DNA of 64,000 nt from Candidatus Bathyarchaeota archaeon. GTDB taxonomy: Archaea > Thermoproteota > Bathyarchaeia > Bathyarchaeales > Bathycorpusculaceae. This document shows positions 41,425 to 50,520 of the stretch, one piece after another. A program made the position numbers and the translations under genes. Location: the NCBI GenBank assembly GCA_963720565.1, contig CAVRFW010000005.1, forward strand, positions 320,001 to 384,000, written 5' to 3'. The notes under the pieces were generated by a model, which was not told where the DNA came from, searched no databases, and saw only the letters and a program-made list of their open reading frames with translations. Every line of letters begins with the position of its first letter. The stretch's first letter is position 1.

Positions 41425-42182
41425 TTACACTTACTCTGCTTTCGAAAATTAGCAATTCTTATCAATTGAGACAAGTCGAAAAAGCTCTGAACGAACCACT
41501 AGGGGAATTGAGTGTAGACGCGAAAATCAAAGGCACAATAGGTGATAGGTGGGTACAGGTAAATCTGGAAGGAGAAGATGAAACAATAGCGGCTACCTAT
41601 GTCGCCAACGAGATTGGAACTTGTCCCGCCAGCATGGAAAACCTGAAGAAAACAACTGACCTCAAAGGGTACATAACGGATTTTGAGAAAAATACCGAAG
41701 AATTACTGGTAGACGTAGGGGTTTTCCAGCCGAAAATCGTGTGTGCAAGAATCCCGCTGCAACGGTTGCAGGCTCAACTCGCCAACGGTGTTAAGACTGC
41801 CCCAAACAAGATACCTGAACTGTGGGCTCTATGCAGAGATTTGCCCATAAGCGTTAATATCGTACAATTAGATGAGAAAGAAAACCACCTGAAAGCTGAA
41901 TTGTCAGACGATCAAGTGAAAAAGCTGAAAATATGGCAGGAATCCCTGCTGGATAGACTACTTGTATTAGGCTCCTCTCTTCAAGACATAGAATACGTTT
42001 TGGAAGCTGAGAAGTTAACAAGGGACATAATAAACGTCGAGACCTTAGGGTTGCTGGAATACTCTTTAACCTGCAAGCTGGGTACTGACGCTGCTGGTCT
42101 CGTCCCAAAAATCGGTAGGAGACTCAGAAAAGCAAAATTTACCGTCTTTAATCCAAAAAAACTGCTTAGTCTTGAATTGTAG
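41421..42182 (+). CDS. DUF2110-like archaeal protein
   Basis: GEDE, VDVG, LGLLE..L.CK.GTDA.GL...IG; follows the tfe-HD genes. Confidence 0.75.
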   Translation: MITLTLLSKISNSYQLRQVEKALNEPLGELSVDAKIKGTIGDRWVQVNLEGEDETIAATYVANEIGTCPASMENLKKTTDLKGYITDFEKNTEELLVDVGVFQPKIVCARIPLQRLQAQLANGVKTAPNKIPELWALCRDLPISVNIVQLDEKENHLKAELSDDQVKKLKIWQESLLDRLLVLGSSLQDIEYVLEAEKLTRDIINVETLGLLEYSLTCKLGTDAAGLVPKIGRRLRKAKFTVFNPKKLLSLEL

Positions 42183-42238
42183 CGTGCTCTTTTTCCTGTT
42201 CTTTGATGGTTTTTTAGTAGGCGGGAACCGACATATTT

Positions 42239-42274
42239 ATATGAGAAATAATTCATATGAATTATTTATCAAGT
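42239..42274. promoter_or_regulatory. ArsR/SmtB-type operator overlapping the TATA box
   Basis: Perfect 22-bp palindrome AAATAATTCATATGAATTATTT (42246-42267); ATATGA-N8-TCATAT and ATATGA-N8-TCAAGT boxes; TTTATATG at 42236. Confidence 0.75.
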
Positions 42275-42316
42275 TAAATCTGAACCAAAACGCGAAACTG
42301 AACGAGGTAGAAAGCA

Positions 42317-42637
42317 ATGAAAAAAGGACTAACAGAAATCTGCTATAAATTCTTCACCAACTTGTCAAATCCAACAAGATTAGCAACCTTGGAGAAGCTA
42401 ATGATCCACCCCATGAGTGTAAACGAACTTGCCACCTCCTTAGGACAGGAGCAAAGTATGGTTTCACACAATCTCAAACCTCTGCTCCAATGCAATTTCA
42501 TATTCACCAAAAGACAGGGAAAAAAACGCGTATACTCTGTCAATCAAGAGACTGTGGGTGTCCTATTCAAGGCTATTGAAAATCACGCAGAAAAGTATTG
42601 TCCTTCTGGCGGAAAATGCACAACTATGGAGAACTGA
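42317..42637 (+). CDS. ArsR/SmtB family transcriptional regulator
   Basis: LSNPTRLATL, MSVNELA, QSMVSHNL, RQGKKRVYS; C-terminal CPSGGKC. Confidence 0.9.
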   Translation: MKKGLTEICYKFFTNLSNPTRLATLEKLMIHPMSVNELATSLGQEQSMVSHNLKPLLQCNFIFTKRQGKKRVYSVNQETVGVLFKAIENHAEKYCPSGGKCTTMEN

Positions 42638-42639
42638 GA

Positions 42640-43272
42640 ATGGTAACAAGAAAGATTGTTCACATAAACGAAGCCCTTTGCAACGGATGCGGTAACTGCA
42701 TTCCAAAATGCGCTGAAGGCGCACTCCAAATAGTAAACGGAAAGGCCACAATCGTCAAAGACATCTACTGTGATGGTCTCGGAGCATGCTTAGGACACTG
42801 TCCTCAAGACGCCATAACCATAATAGAGAGAGAAGCCGACCACTTTGACGAAGAAGCAGCACATGAGCACGCAAAAAAAATTCCGGAAAAACCAGAAGAG
42901 AATACACAGAAAGTGCAGTGGCCGGTCAAAATAAACCTCGTACCCTTAAAGGCGCCCTTTTACGAAAAAGCTGATTTATTAGTTGCTGCAGACTGCGCCC
43001 CAGTCGCCTATCCCCAATTCAAAGGTTCTTTGTCATCCGGGAAAAGAATTGTGATAGGATGTCCCAAGTTTGAAGACGCAAAGGTATATTCTCAGAAGCT
43101 CGGGGAAATACTGAAACAGAACAACATTAGGAGCATAACAATTGCCCATATGGAAGTGCCTTGCTGCTCAGGTTTGAAGTGGGCTGTGGATAAGGCAGTG
43201 GAAGCATCTGGAAAGCAAATCCCGATTAAGCAATACGAACTAACAATAGGGGGTGAAATTAACGAGCGCTAA
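42640..43272 (+). CDS. 4Fe-4S dicluster protein with a Cys-rich C-terminal domain
   Basis: CNGCGNCIPKC and CDGLGACLGHCP; WPVK, VAADC, GCPK, MEVPCC. Confidence 0.85.
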   Translation: MVTRKIVHINEALCNGCGNCIPKCAEGALQIVNGKATIVKDIYCDGLGACLGHCPQDAITIIEREADHFDEEAAHEHAKKIPEKPEENTQKVQWPVKINLVPLKAPFYEKADLLVAADCAPVAYPQFKGSLSSGKRIVIGCPKFEDAKVYSQKLGEILKQNNIRSITIAHMEVPCCSGLKWAVDKAVEASGKQIPIKQYELTIGGEINER

Positions 43273-43510
43273 TAATCCAGTAAAGAGCCCAGATACATGC
43301 CCTGGCTTGCGAGACTTTCTCAGACCAACAGTAGCCTATGTAAAATGCCATGTCTGTGGTGGCAATGCAGAAATTTGGAGCGATGAGGACGTAGGAACAT
43401 GCACAGAATGTGGAGCTGAATGGAAAAGACCTGACAAAAACAACTCATGCTTAGACTATTGTGAGTACGCGGACAAATGCAGGGGCATAATTGAATCGAG
43501 AAAAACCTGA
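43253..43510 (+). CDS. Small Cys-rich (Zn-ribbon-like) protein
   Basis: CPG...CHVCG..EIWSDE..CTECG...CLDYCEYADKC; GGGGTGA at the start. Confidence 0.75.
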   Translation: MKLTSANNPVKSPDTCPGLRDFLRPTVAYVKCHVCGGNAEIWSDEDVGTCTECGAEWKRPDKNNSCLDYCEYADKCRGIIESRKT

Positions 43511-43529
43511 AGAAGGAGGAAGAATAGAA

Positions 43530-43931
43530 ATGGAAAACACTGAACATCCAAGAATAAAGCGGGAGAAGAAGACCATCCAAGCGATGGTAAAAATCTATTG
43601 CAAAGACAAACATAACACAAAAAAAGAACTCTGTCCAGAATGCACGGAATTTATTGAATACGCAAGAATGCGCTTAAGCAAATGCCCTTTTCAAGAAAAC
43701 AAGACAACCTGCGGAAAATGCCGTATTCACTGCTACAAACCAGATATGAGAGAGAAGGCAAAAACGATCATGCGATATTCCGGTCCGCGAATGCTTCTAC
43801 ATCATCCAGGATTAGCCATGCACCACGTAATCGACGGTTTCAAAAAACCAGAAGATGCCAAAATAAAAACCAAAACTTGCAGGGCAAACATGATTTCAGC
43901 TGAGTCTACCTCCAATCTTGTCTTCCGGTAA
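43530..43931 (+). CDS. YgbA family (nitrous oxide-stimulated promoter family) protein
   Basis: RIKREKKTI.AMV.IYC, LCPEC, RL.KCPF.E.K.TC..C.IHCYKP.MRE, MRYSGPRML.HHP. Confidence 0.9.
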   Translation: MENTEHPRIKREKKTIQAMVKIYCKDKHNTKKELCPECTEFIEYARMRLSKCPFQENKTTCGKCRIHCYKPDMREKAKTIMRYSGPRMLLHHPGLAMHHVIDGFKKPEDAKIKTKTCRANMISAESTSNLVFR

Positions 43932-43960
43932 CGCAATGAACATTGCGTTTTCTTTTCTCT
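43930..43960 (+). terminator. Inverted repeat plus T-rich tract after the YgbA-like gene (terminator or operator)
   Basis: AACGCAATG-AA-CATTGCGTT followed by TTCTTTTCTCT. Confidence 0.5.
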
Positions 43961-44004
43961 TGACCGAAGAATTTTATATTGCGTGTTGACCTTCACCTTG
44001 CAGT

Positions 44005-44118
44005 ATGTCAGCTCCTAATTGTCCCTGCCCCAAGAGAGACTGTGTTCGTCACAGCGATTGTGAAGAATGTGTCAGGCATCACAAAGCAAAGGACGAATTG
44101 CCTTACTGTGCAAGGTAA
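44005..44118 (+). CDS. 37-aa Cys/His-rich small protein (below the ORF-track cutoff)
   Basis: MSAPNCPCPKRDCVRHSDCEECVRHHKAKDELPYCAR*; TTTATAT at 43973-43979, ~25 bp upstream (leaderless geometry). Confidence 0.7.
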   Translation: MSAPNCPCPKRDCVRHSDCEECVRHHKAKDELPYCAR

Positions 44119-44463
44119 TCTTTCTAAATTTTGGTTTGTCGTCTTGGGCCCGTATGGATAAGCGATAAACCGAGCTTGTTTTTTCTCGCAAATCGCATGG
44201 GTTTATTTTGTTCTTCTTCTTATTCAGAAGTCCGTTTTGGTTGCGCTGGCAGAATATGATGACGCGTGTGGAAACGCCTGTCTGACAAAGTGGGATATTG
44301 AGGTGGGGTGATTACGTATATGTCGAAAATCGATATATTTCGGTTTCCAAAACAAGATATATATTAAATCTTACGATATGATGTGTATCTGAGTTTGACA
44401 CAACAACAGTACAACACAAATACAAAATGGTGACAAGTATGATGATTCAAACGCACGATTGAA

Positions 44464-44809
44464 ATGAACCAAGTTTGTTTGAACGAGAAGAACACAGAAA
44501 CGCATAATCGCAATTTCGAGAAATTGCTGACAAAAGCGGTGGACAAAGCTTTTTCTTCACTATTCCATTCACAAAAGCAGAATCTCTACTCTCACCTGAG
44601 TAGCTGCTACAGCATCAGCAAACAGGATATTCCGTATGCTGTTGACGATTTTGTTAATGCTCTACAAGAGATCTTTGGTTCAGGGGCAAAACTTATCGAA
44701 ATCGAAATGATGAAAAGCCTTCACGCACTGGTTAAGAATTTCACATTCGCACCCAATCAAGAGTGACCTGTCATTTACTGAATATGTTAGGGCGATACGC
44801 GGCTTATGA
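44464..44809 (+). CDS. Small helical protein, DUF3227/NitrOD5-like (apparent extra base near 44764)
   Basis: AVDKAFSSL...IP..VDDFVNALQEIFGSGAKLIEIE; +1 frame gives DLSFTEYV...TGA at 44809. Confidence 0.55.
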
Positions 44810-44896
44810 CAGAATCAATTGTTTTCCAGCTGAATTGATTCCGGAATGCGTGTAAACAGCCGGAACGTTGAGAAATAGGCTGTGAGATGCGTGCTC

Positions 44897-45676
44897 CTAA
44901 CCTTTTGTGAGCACTATTTCAATTGTTGAAACCATTCTTGCTCTGGTTTCGCCTTCTCTTGGCGGCATCTCCTCTGTTCCTATGACGATTTTGCCTATTT
45001 TTAGGTCTTTTAGAAAGCGGTTTCTGGTTATTTCAGCCGCATCAACAGCTGTAGTTATAGCATGTCCTCTGGCCTTCAAGATTATCTCCTCAACCTTGCT
45101 GCCAGAAAATCCTGTTATTATTGCCATTACATAATCCATTGGCATTTTGTTTCCCACGAAAACGATTTTTCCCGGTGCTCGAATTGAAGGCGAAACTTTC
45201 TTTTCAATAGTCGCAGGCTTCTTCTCTTGAGTCAAGTCTTTTGCTTCAGTGGCAACCGCGGTAGTTGGCAGCTGTGCTTTAGTCTCTTGCTGAGTTGGCT
45301 CTTGAGCAATTGTTAGATCTTCGATTTCTCCATTACAGCTGTTCCTGAATGCTTCAATTCCGTTCATGCAGCCCTCTTTAGTCTCGTAGCCCTCACTTTG
45401 AGCGATTATTTCTCCGTTTGAAGCATTCAGATGAAACCTGAACTTGCCATTTTCATCGCAGAACACTTGATATTTGGGGTTGCTAATTCTCTTCTGTTCT
45501 GTGGTCATATCTTCAATTTCTGAATTGCAGTTTTTCTGAACGCTTCTCACACCTTTGATACAACTTGCATGTTGTTCATAAGCTTCGCTTGCAGCCACAA
45601 TTCTGTTGTTTTCAGCATTAAGACGAAACCTGAACTTCCCTGCAGCGTCTTTGTAGACTTCAAATCTTCCTGGCAT
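44897..45676 (-). CDS. Tandem YegP/DUF1508 domains fused to a C-terminal Alba domain
   Basis: FEVYKDAAGKFRFRL.A.N..I.A.SE.Y twice; Alba motifs VFVGNK..MDYV, ILKARG.AITTAVD.AE, IGTEE, VSTIEIVL. Confidence 0.88.
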   Translation of the reverse strand: MPGRFEVYKDAAGKFRFRLNAENNRIVAASEAYEQHASCIKGVRSVQKNCNSEIEDMTTEQKRISNPKYQVFCDENGKFRFHLNASNGEIIAQSEGYETKEGCMNGIEAFRNSCNGEIEDLTIAQEPTQQETKAQLPTTAVATEAKDLTQEKKPATIEKKVSPSIRAPGKIVFVGNKMPMDYVMAIITGFSGSKVEEIILKARGHAITTAVDAAEITRNRFLKDLKIGKIVIGTEEMPPREGETRARMVSTIEIVLTKG

Positions 45677-45806
45677 GAAACTCACGAGACCATGATGTTG
45701 TGTTTCTAGTAGAAAAAGCTTTGCGAGTGCACGCTAAAAACGCAAAAAGGAAACGCCAGATCTTAAAGGCTTTAAGCAGAACGAAGTACAATAAGGTAAA
45801 TCAAAG

Positions 45807-46574
45807 ATGCAGAAGATTTTCAAGTCTCAAACTAGAAATCTTATCAAAGATTGGGCAAAAATCATAATGCGAGTTAGACGACTTGACAGAGCAACTATAG
45901 CTTCTATTTACCTTGATGGAGTTGGCATAGAGATTGGTGCATTACATAATCCCTTAAGAGTGCCCCTTTCCGCTAAAGTGCGATACGTTGACCGTCACTC
46001 CGTATCAGAACTGCGCAAGCAATACCCAGAAATGCAGTCTCTAAAGTTGGCAAACGTAGATATCATTGACGACGGTGAGACACTAAAAACTGTCGAGGAT
46101 TCAACGCAGGATTTTGTTATAGCAAATCACTTCTTGGAGCATTGCGAAAATCCAATTAACGCTGTCATCAACTTCTTGAGGGTTCTCCGCGATGGAGGAA
46201 TACTCTATCTCAGCGTTCCAGATAAGCAATTCACTTTTGATAAGAACCGTCAAGTTTCTTCTTTTGAACATCTTATTCATGACTACCAAAAAGGACCGAC
46301 TTCATCAAGGAAAGACCATTTTCGAGACTGGGTCATTAACGTTGAACAGAAAAGAAATGAAATAGAGATTCAGACTCGGATAGATGAATTGATTTCTAAT
46401 AACTACAGTATTCACTATCACGTTTGGGCTCAGAATGACATCTTAAATTTTTTTGTTCTGTTAAATGAGCGCTTTAACCTGCCTTTAGAGATTCAGCTCT
46501 TCTACAAGAACGGAGAAGAAGTTATATTCATTATTAGGAAGCAATACCAGAATTTATGTCAGAGCTGCTATTAG
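45807..46574 (+). CDS. Class I SAM-dependent methyltransferase (type 11-like)
   Basis: GIEIGA, YVD, DFVIANHFLEH..NP, RVLRDGG.LYLSVPD. Confidence 0.85.
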   Translation: MQKIFKSQTRNLIKDWAKIIMRVRRLDRATIASIYLDGVGIEIGALHNPLRVPLSAKVRYVDRHSVSELRKQYPEMQSLKLANVDIIDDGETLKTVEDSTQDFVIANHFLEHCENPINAVINFLRVLRDGGILYLSVPDKQFTFDKNRQVSSFEHLIHDYQKGPTSSRKDHFRDWVINVEQKRNEIEIQTRIDELISNNYSIHYHVWAQNDILNFFVLLNERFNLPLEIQLFYKNGEEVIFIIRKQYQNLCQSCY

Positions 46575-46681
46575 CAACAAGTGAGTTACGCGAGGAGTAT
46601 AGTTTTGAAAGAAAGAATGAGTGTCAAAGAGTTGGAAAGTTTGGGGTCAACCTTCTTGTTCTCTTGCATCACCAAGATAAG

Positions 46682-46756
46682 TGGGCCGAGCCGGACTTGA
46701 ACCGGCGACCTTTGGCTCGTAAAGCCAATGTCCTAACCAAGCTAGACGACCGGCCC
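46682..46756 (-). tRNA. tRNA-Val(TAC), CCA not encoded
   Basis: Reverse complement GGGCCGG...TTGGC-TTTACGA-GCCAA...GGTTCAAGTCC...TCGGCCC-A. Confidence 0.95.
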
Positions 46757-47018
46757 TTGAAATTTTCTCCTGTTTCTAAATTGGAACTATTTACTTTAAG
46801 ATTTTGGTCTATGTGATTTGTTTTGGCTCAACCGCCTAGCCAGTGTGAGAAATCTCTAACTCGCGTCCGCTCAAGCTGGTTACGCCCTTTTTTGACCAAT
46901 GACAGGAGACTTCGTAAGATCTCAGATTAATGGCGAAGAACTTGTTGCTGAATCAGTTCTTCTTGCTCGCTAATATGGACAGAATGTCGTGCGCTTTCAA
47001 GGATTTGTAGCTTGGAAT

Positions 47019-48003
47019 CTAGGATACAGACTGAGTTTCAACGATCTTTTCAATTATGTCCAATGGGTTTTCGAGCGAGGCAAGCTTTCGCTTCACGTCA
47101 AATTTTCTTCCAATATTGCTCTTGGCAATTCTGAGCAAGTTTTGAGGGCGAGTTATGAAAAGGGGGAATCCCAGTTTCGAGAGGTACTTGTTTACATAGG
47201 TGTTTCCAATTTCAGAAACCACAATGCTGGGGACACCTTGAAGCGCAGCTTCCCTTGCCAGCGTTCCTCCTGCGCTAACAACCAAATCAGCATTAGCGAC
47301 GAGGCTCGCAGAATCAACAAAATCATCGTTCGAGCCAAATCCCACACTAGTTCTGTTATATCTTCCGAGACAGAAGATGTTCCCAAGAGAGCTTAGTTTT
47401 TCCGTAACTGTTTCGGTGAAATCACTTGTGCCTCCGGCATAAGCAGCTTTCGTCTCCATTTGTCTAATAACAATCAGGGGTTTTTCAGAAGCAGCCTTCT
47501 TAGGCGGCTTGAAATCTTTAATCCAGGCCACTTCATCTACGCCATCAAATTGAATGATTTTCCTAGCGCCCTGCCCTATCAGGAATCGTCTAGGAATAGA
47601 GCATGATGCAACAACAGTGGTGGCAAATGGTATTGTGAGCCTGTTCACCGCCGTTGCGTGAGGAGTATCCGCGGTTAGAACTATGGGGATTCCCAAACCA
47701 AAGGCGGTTCGACACAGCTCGACAGATTGATGTGCTATTGCTAAATCCGGCTTGTCGCTCTCAAACATTCTTGAAAACTTGATTACACGGCTAGCACTTT
47801 CTTCTAATCTGGAAAAAACCGAATCGGGACTATATTTGCCGACTACTACCGGTTCTTCTTTGAGAATTCGCGCTAAGTGGGAGAGTATCAGGGTGATCTC
47901 GCGTTGTGAGCAGTACTTCATGACCTCTTAGTCTGAGGCGCCGGGCAATAGCTGTGCCGTACCTGATATGCTTGCCTGTGCAGGCATCATACCAGATCTT
48001 CAT
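47019..48003 (-). CDS. DUF354 family (GT-B-like) protein (apparent extra base near 47875)
   Basis: MKIWYD...GHEVLLTTR after GGTGA; PDLAIA, AFGLGIP, ADLVVSAGGTLAREAALQGVP. Confidence 0.8.
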
Positions 48004-48513
48004 GGGTTCACCTTGCGCTTTTCTTTGAATGAAGGTTTCACGTTTTAGATTGTATTCTTCGATTGACATTATTTCCCTAGCTGGAACTCCAATCGCGACT
48101 TTTCCGGAAGGTATGCTTTCTGTGACTACACTCCCTCCGCCGATTACACAATTCTTGCCTAAAACCACGTTCGGCAACACCGTGACGCCTCCGCCAATTA
48201 TTACATTATCTTTCACTATTGGGGGAGTTAGGAGGCTGCTCTTTGGGTATTTGTCGTTTAGGAGAGTGCTGTTAGGGGCGATAAACACATTATCCCCAAG
48301 TATGCATCCATTTGAAATGGTAACGTGCGCCTGAATGTTGCAATTGCTTCCGATTTCAACATTCTTGCCTATGTCGCAAAAACTACCTATACAGGTTCTA
48401 TCGCCAATTCTTGCGTTATCACCAATTACTACATAATTCCAAATGGCGACATTAGCCCCTAATTGAACATTGGCACCAAATATCACGCCTTTTCCCTTTT
48501 TCAGAGTCGGCAT
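48000..48513 (-). CDS. Hexapeptide-repeat sugar N-acyltransferase (WbpD-like)
   Basis: Left-handed beta-helix repeats, VFIAPN..LLNDKYP, IGGGSVVT..IP...AIGVPAR. Confidence 0.85.
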
Positions 48514-48582
48514 AGGCTTTTCTTTCGGGCTCCAGATTTAAATAGTTTAACACTCTGAATCTCCGTTGTTGGGGGTAAGAGA

Positions 48583-49452
48583 ATTAATCACGAAAACGTT
48601 TTGGTCTTGGGTTTAGGAGAAATCGGGACAGCACTATTCTCCGTTCTAAAAGAGGAAAAAAGCAGCTTTAACGTTTACGGTTTAGACCTTGAAAAAAGCA
48701 AAATGCAAGCACTAAACCAGGACTGAAGCCAAACTACCGGCCAGAATTGACACAATGCATGTTTGTCTTCCGTGCAAAAAACCAGACGCTTTTGTGGATA
48801 CAGTCTGCGGCTACGCTGAACGGTTTAACCCAAACTTGGTTATTATAAACAGTACAGTTCCGCCAGGAACAACCATGAAAGTCCAACAACGATGCCCCTG
48901 TCTCGTAGCGCACTCACCAGTTCGCGGAGTACACAAAAATCCTGAACACATGAAATGGGAAATAAGGCGATGGAGAAAATACGTCGGCGGAGCAAACTCG
49001 AAGGCAACTGACGCTGCACGCAAGCACTTTGAGAAGGCACACCTACGGGTGAAAACACTGAATAGCTGCAATGAAACGGAATTGGCGAAACTGTTTGAAA
49101 CAACCTATCGCGCATGGATGATTGCCTGCTTCCAAGAAATGCACCGCATTACCCGAAACATCGGGAGCGGATTTTGACGATGTGGTCGATTTCTTGGAGG
49201 ATACACATCGCATCAGGTTGGACAGACCACACAATGTATCCCGGATTCATCGGAGGACACTGCCTAATGCCCAACATCGAGCTGCTGCTGCAAAGCTACG
49301 ATTCCGAGTTTCTGCGCTTGGTTATCAAATCGAATGAGAAACGAAAAATTGAGATCAAAGACAAGACGGTTCAAAGAGAAGCAGACAAAATCGCCAAGAG
49401 AGTTGAAGCATTGGAAAAGGAGCTAGGGGAAAAGACCGGTGAGCATAACTGA
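48583..49452 (+). CDS. Short UDP-glucose/GDP-mannose dehydrogenase family protein (three apparent indels; start approximate)
   Basis: VLGLGEIG, INSTVPPGTT, ELAKLFETTYRA, GFIGGHC assembled across frames. Confidence 0.8.
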
Positions 49453-49546
49453 TGCAGCGTACGCTGTTGGCATGCCCCCTAAGATAGCTGCAAAAGCTTG
49501 GAAAGAATCTGATGCAGAAAGACTCCCCGTGAATGCAACGCGCAAC

Positions 49547-50489
49547 ATGAAGCTCGTCATGATTAATGACGCTGCCTTCGTAGGAGAGACACTTCTCAAG
49601 TATATGCCAACTGAGATCGACAAGCAACAAATAAAACGCACCAGAGGTCTGTGGAGCAAAACATTTGGCTTGGCTTTAGAAATACTGAAGGCAAAAGGCG
49701 ACTTGTACCACGCAAACTACCTTCTTCAAGACTGCTACATAGCTTCAAGACTGAATAAGAAACCGTTGATAGGACACGCCCACGGCAGCGATTTGAGAAC
49801 AACATTAAATCACAGCGTCTGGGGCAGAATTGTTAGACATAACTTGATTAACTGTGATAGGATCTTGGTCAGCACCCCGGACATCATCAGCATTGCCAAA
49901 CAATATCGAGATGACGCTGAATACCTGCCTAATCCCGTGGACTTCGAATTTTTTTATCCCAAACCATCCACAAGGAACGATGGCAAAAAGAAGGTGTTTA
50001 TTGCCAGCGATTCAAACTGGGCTGTAAAAGGAACAGATGTCGCCATAAAAGCATTAAGTAGAATCAAAGACCAAGTAGAGGTTAGCATAGTTCAGACAAG
50101 GCAAAGACCTCGAAAAGACATTATCGCTAGCTCGCTCGCTAGGGATAGAAATCAAATTACTTCCGAAAGTCCATCACTCAACAATGAACACATACTACTG
50201 GGATGCTGATGTGGTCATCGATCGATTCACGTTAGGCTCGCTGGGACTAGTTTCGCTTGAAGCCATTGCTTGCGGTCGTCCAGTCTTAGCTTACGTTTCA
50301 TCAGAATACCCTGAAAACGCAGATTTCCCACTCAAAGACTTGAAGGATGAAGAAACTATAGCGGCAACTATCGATGATCTGCCCACTGACCTTTGGGAAA
50401 AAGAACATGTCTTCATGGAGAAGCATCACGACACAAAGAAGATAGGCGAACGTCTTGCTCAGATTTACACAGAGTTGGTGGAGAAATAG
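49547..50489 (+). CDS. Glycosyltransferase family 4 (frameshift near 50095)
   Basis: HAHGSDLR, YLPNPVD, KGTD; second ORF ADVVID...GLVSLEAIACGRPV. Confidence 0.82.
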
Positions 50490-50520
50490 CAGCAAATCTA
50501 AGAATCGCTTTACAATGTGT

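Noticed and set aside
43979..44161. 60-aa ORF from the track
   Set aside because: An overlapping frame encodes a far more protein-like 37-aa Cys/His peptide with correct TATA spacing
46556..46816. 86-aa ORF antisense to tRNA-Val as a second int(N)
   Set aside because: Geometry is similar, but the N-terminal part has no recognisable domain, and no att repeat or integrase was seen
47830..48513. Apparent acyltransferase-DUF354 N-terminus fusion in the ORF track
   Set aside because: Removing one A near 48025 ends the acyltransferase at a TGA overlapping the DUF354 ATG (ATGA, with GGTGA upstream); best explained as an indel artefact
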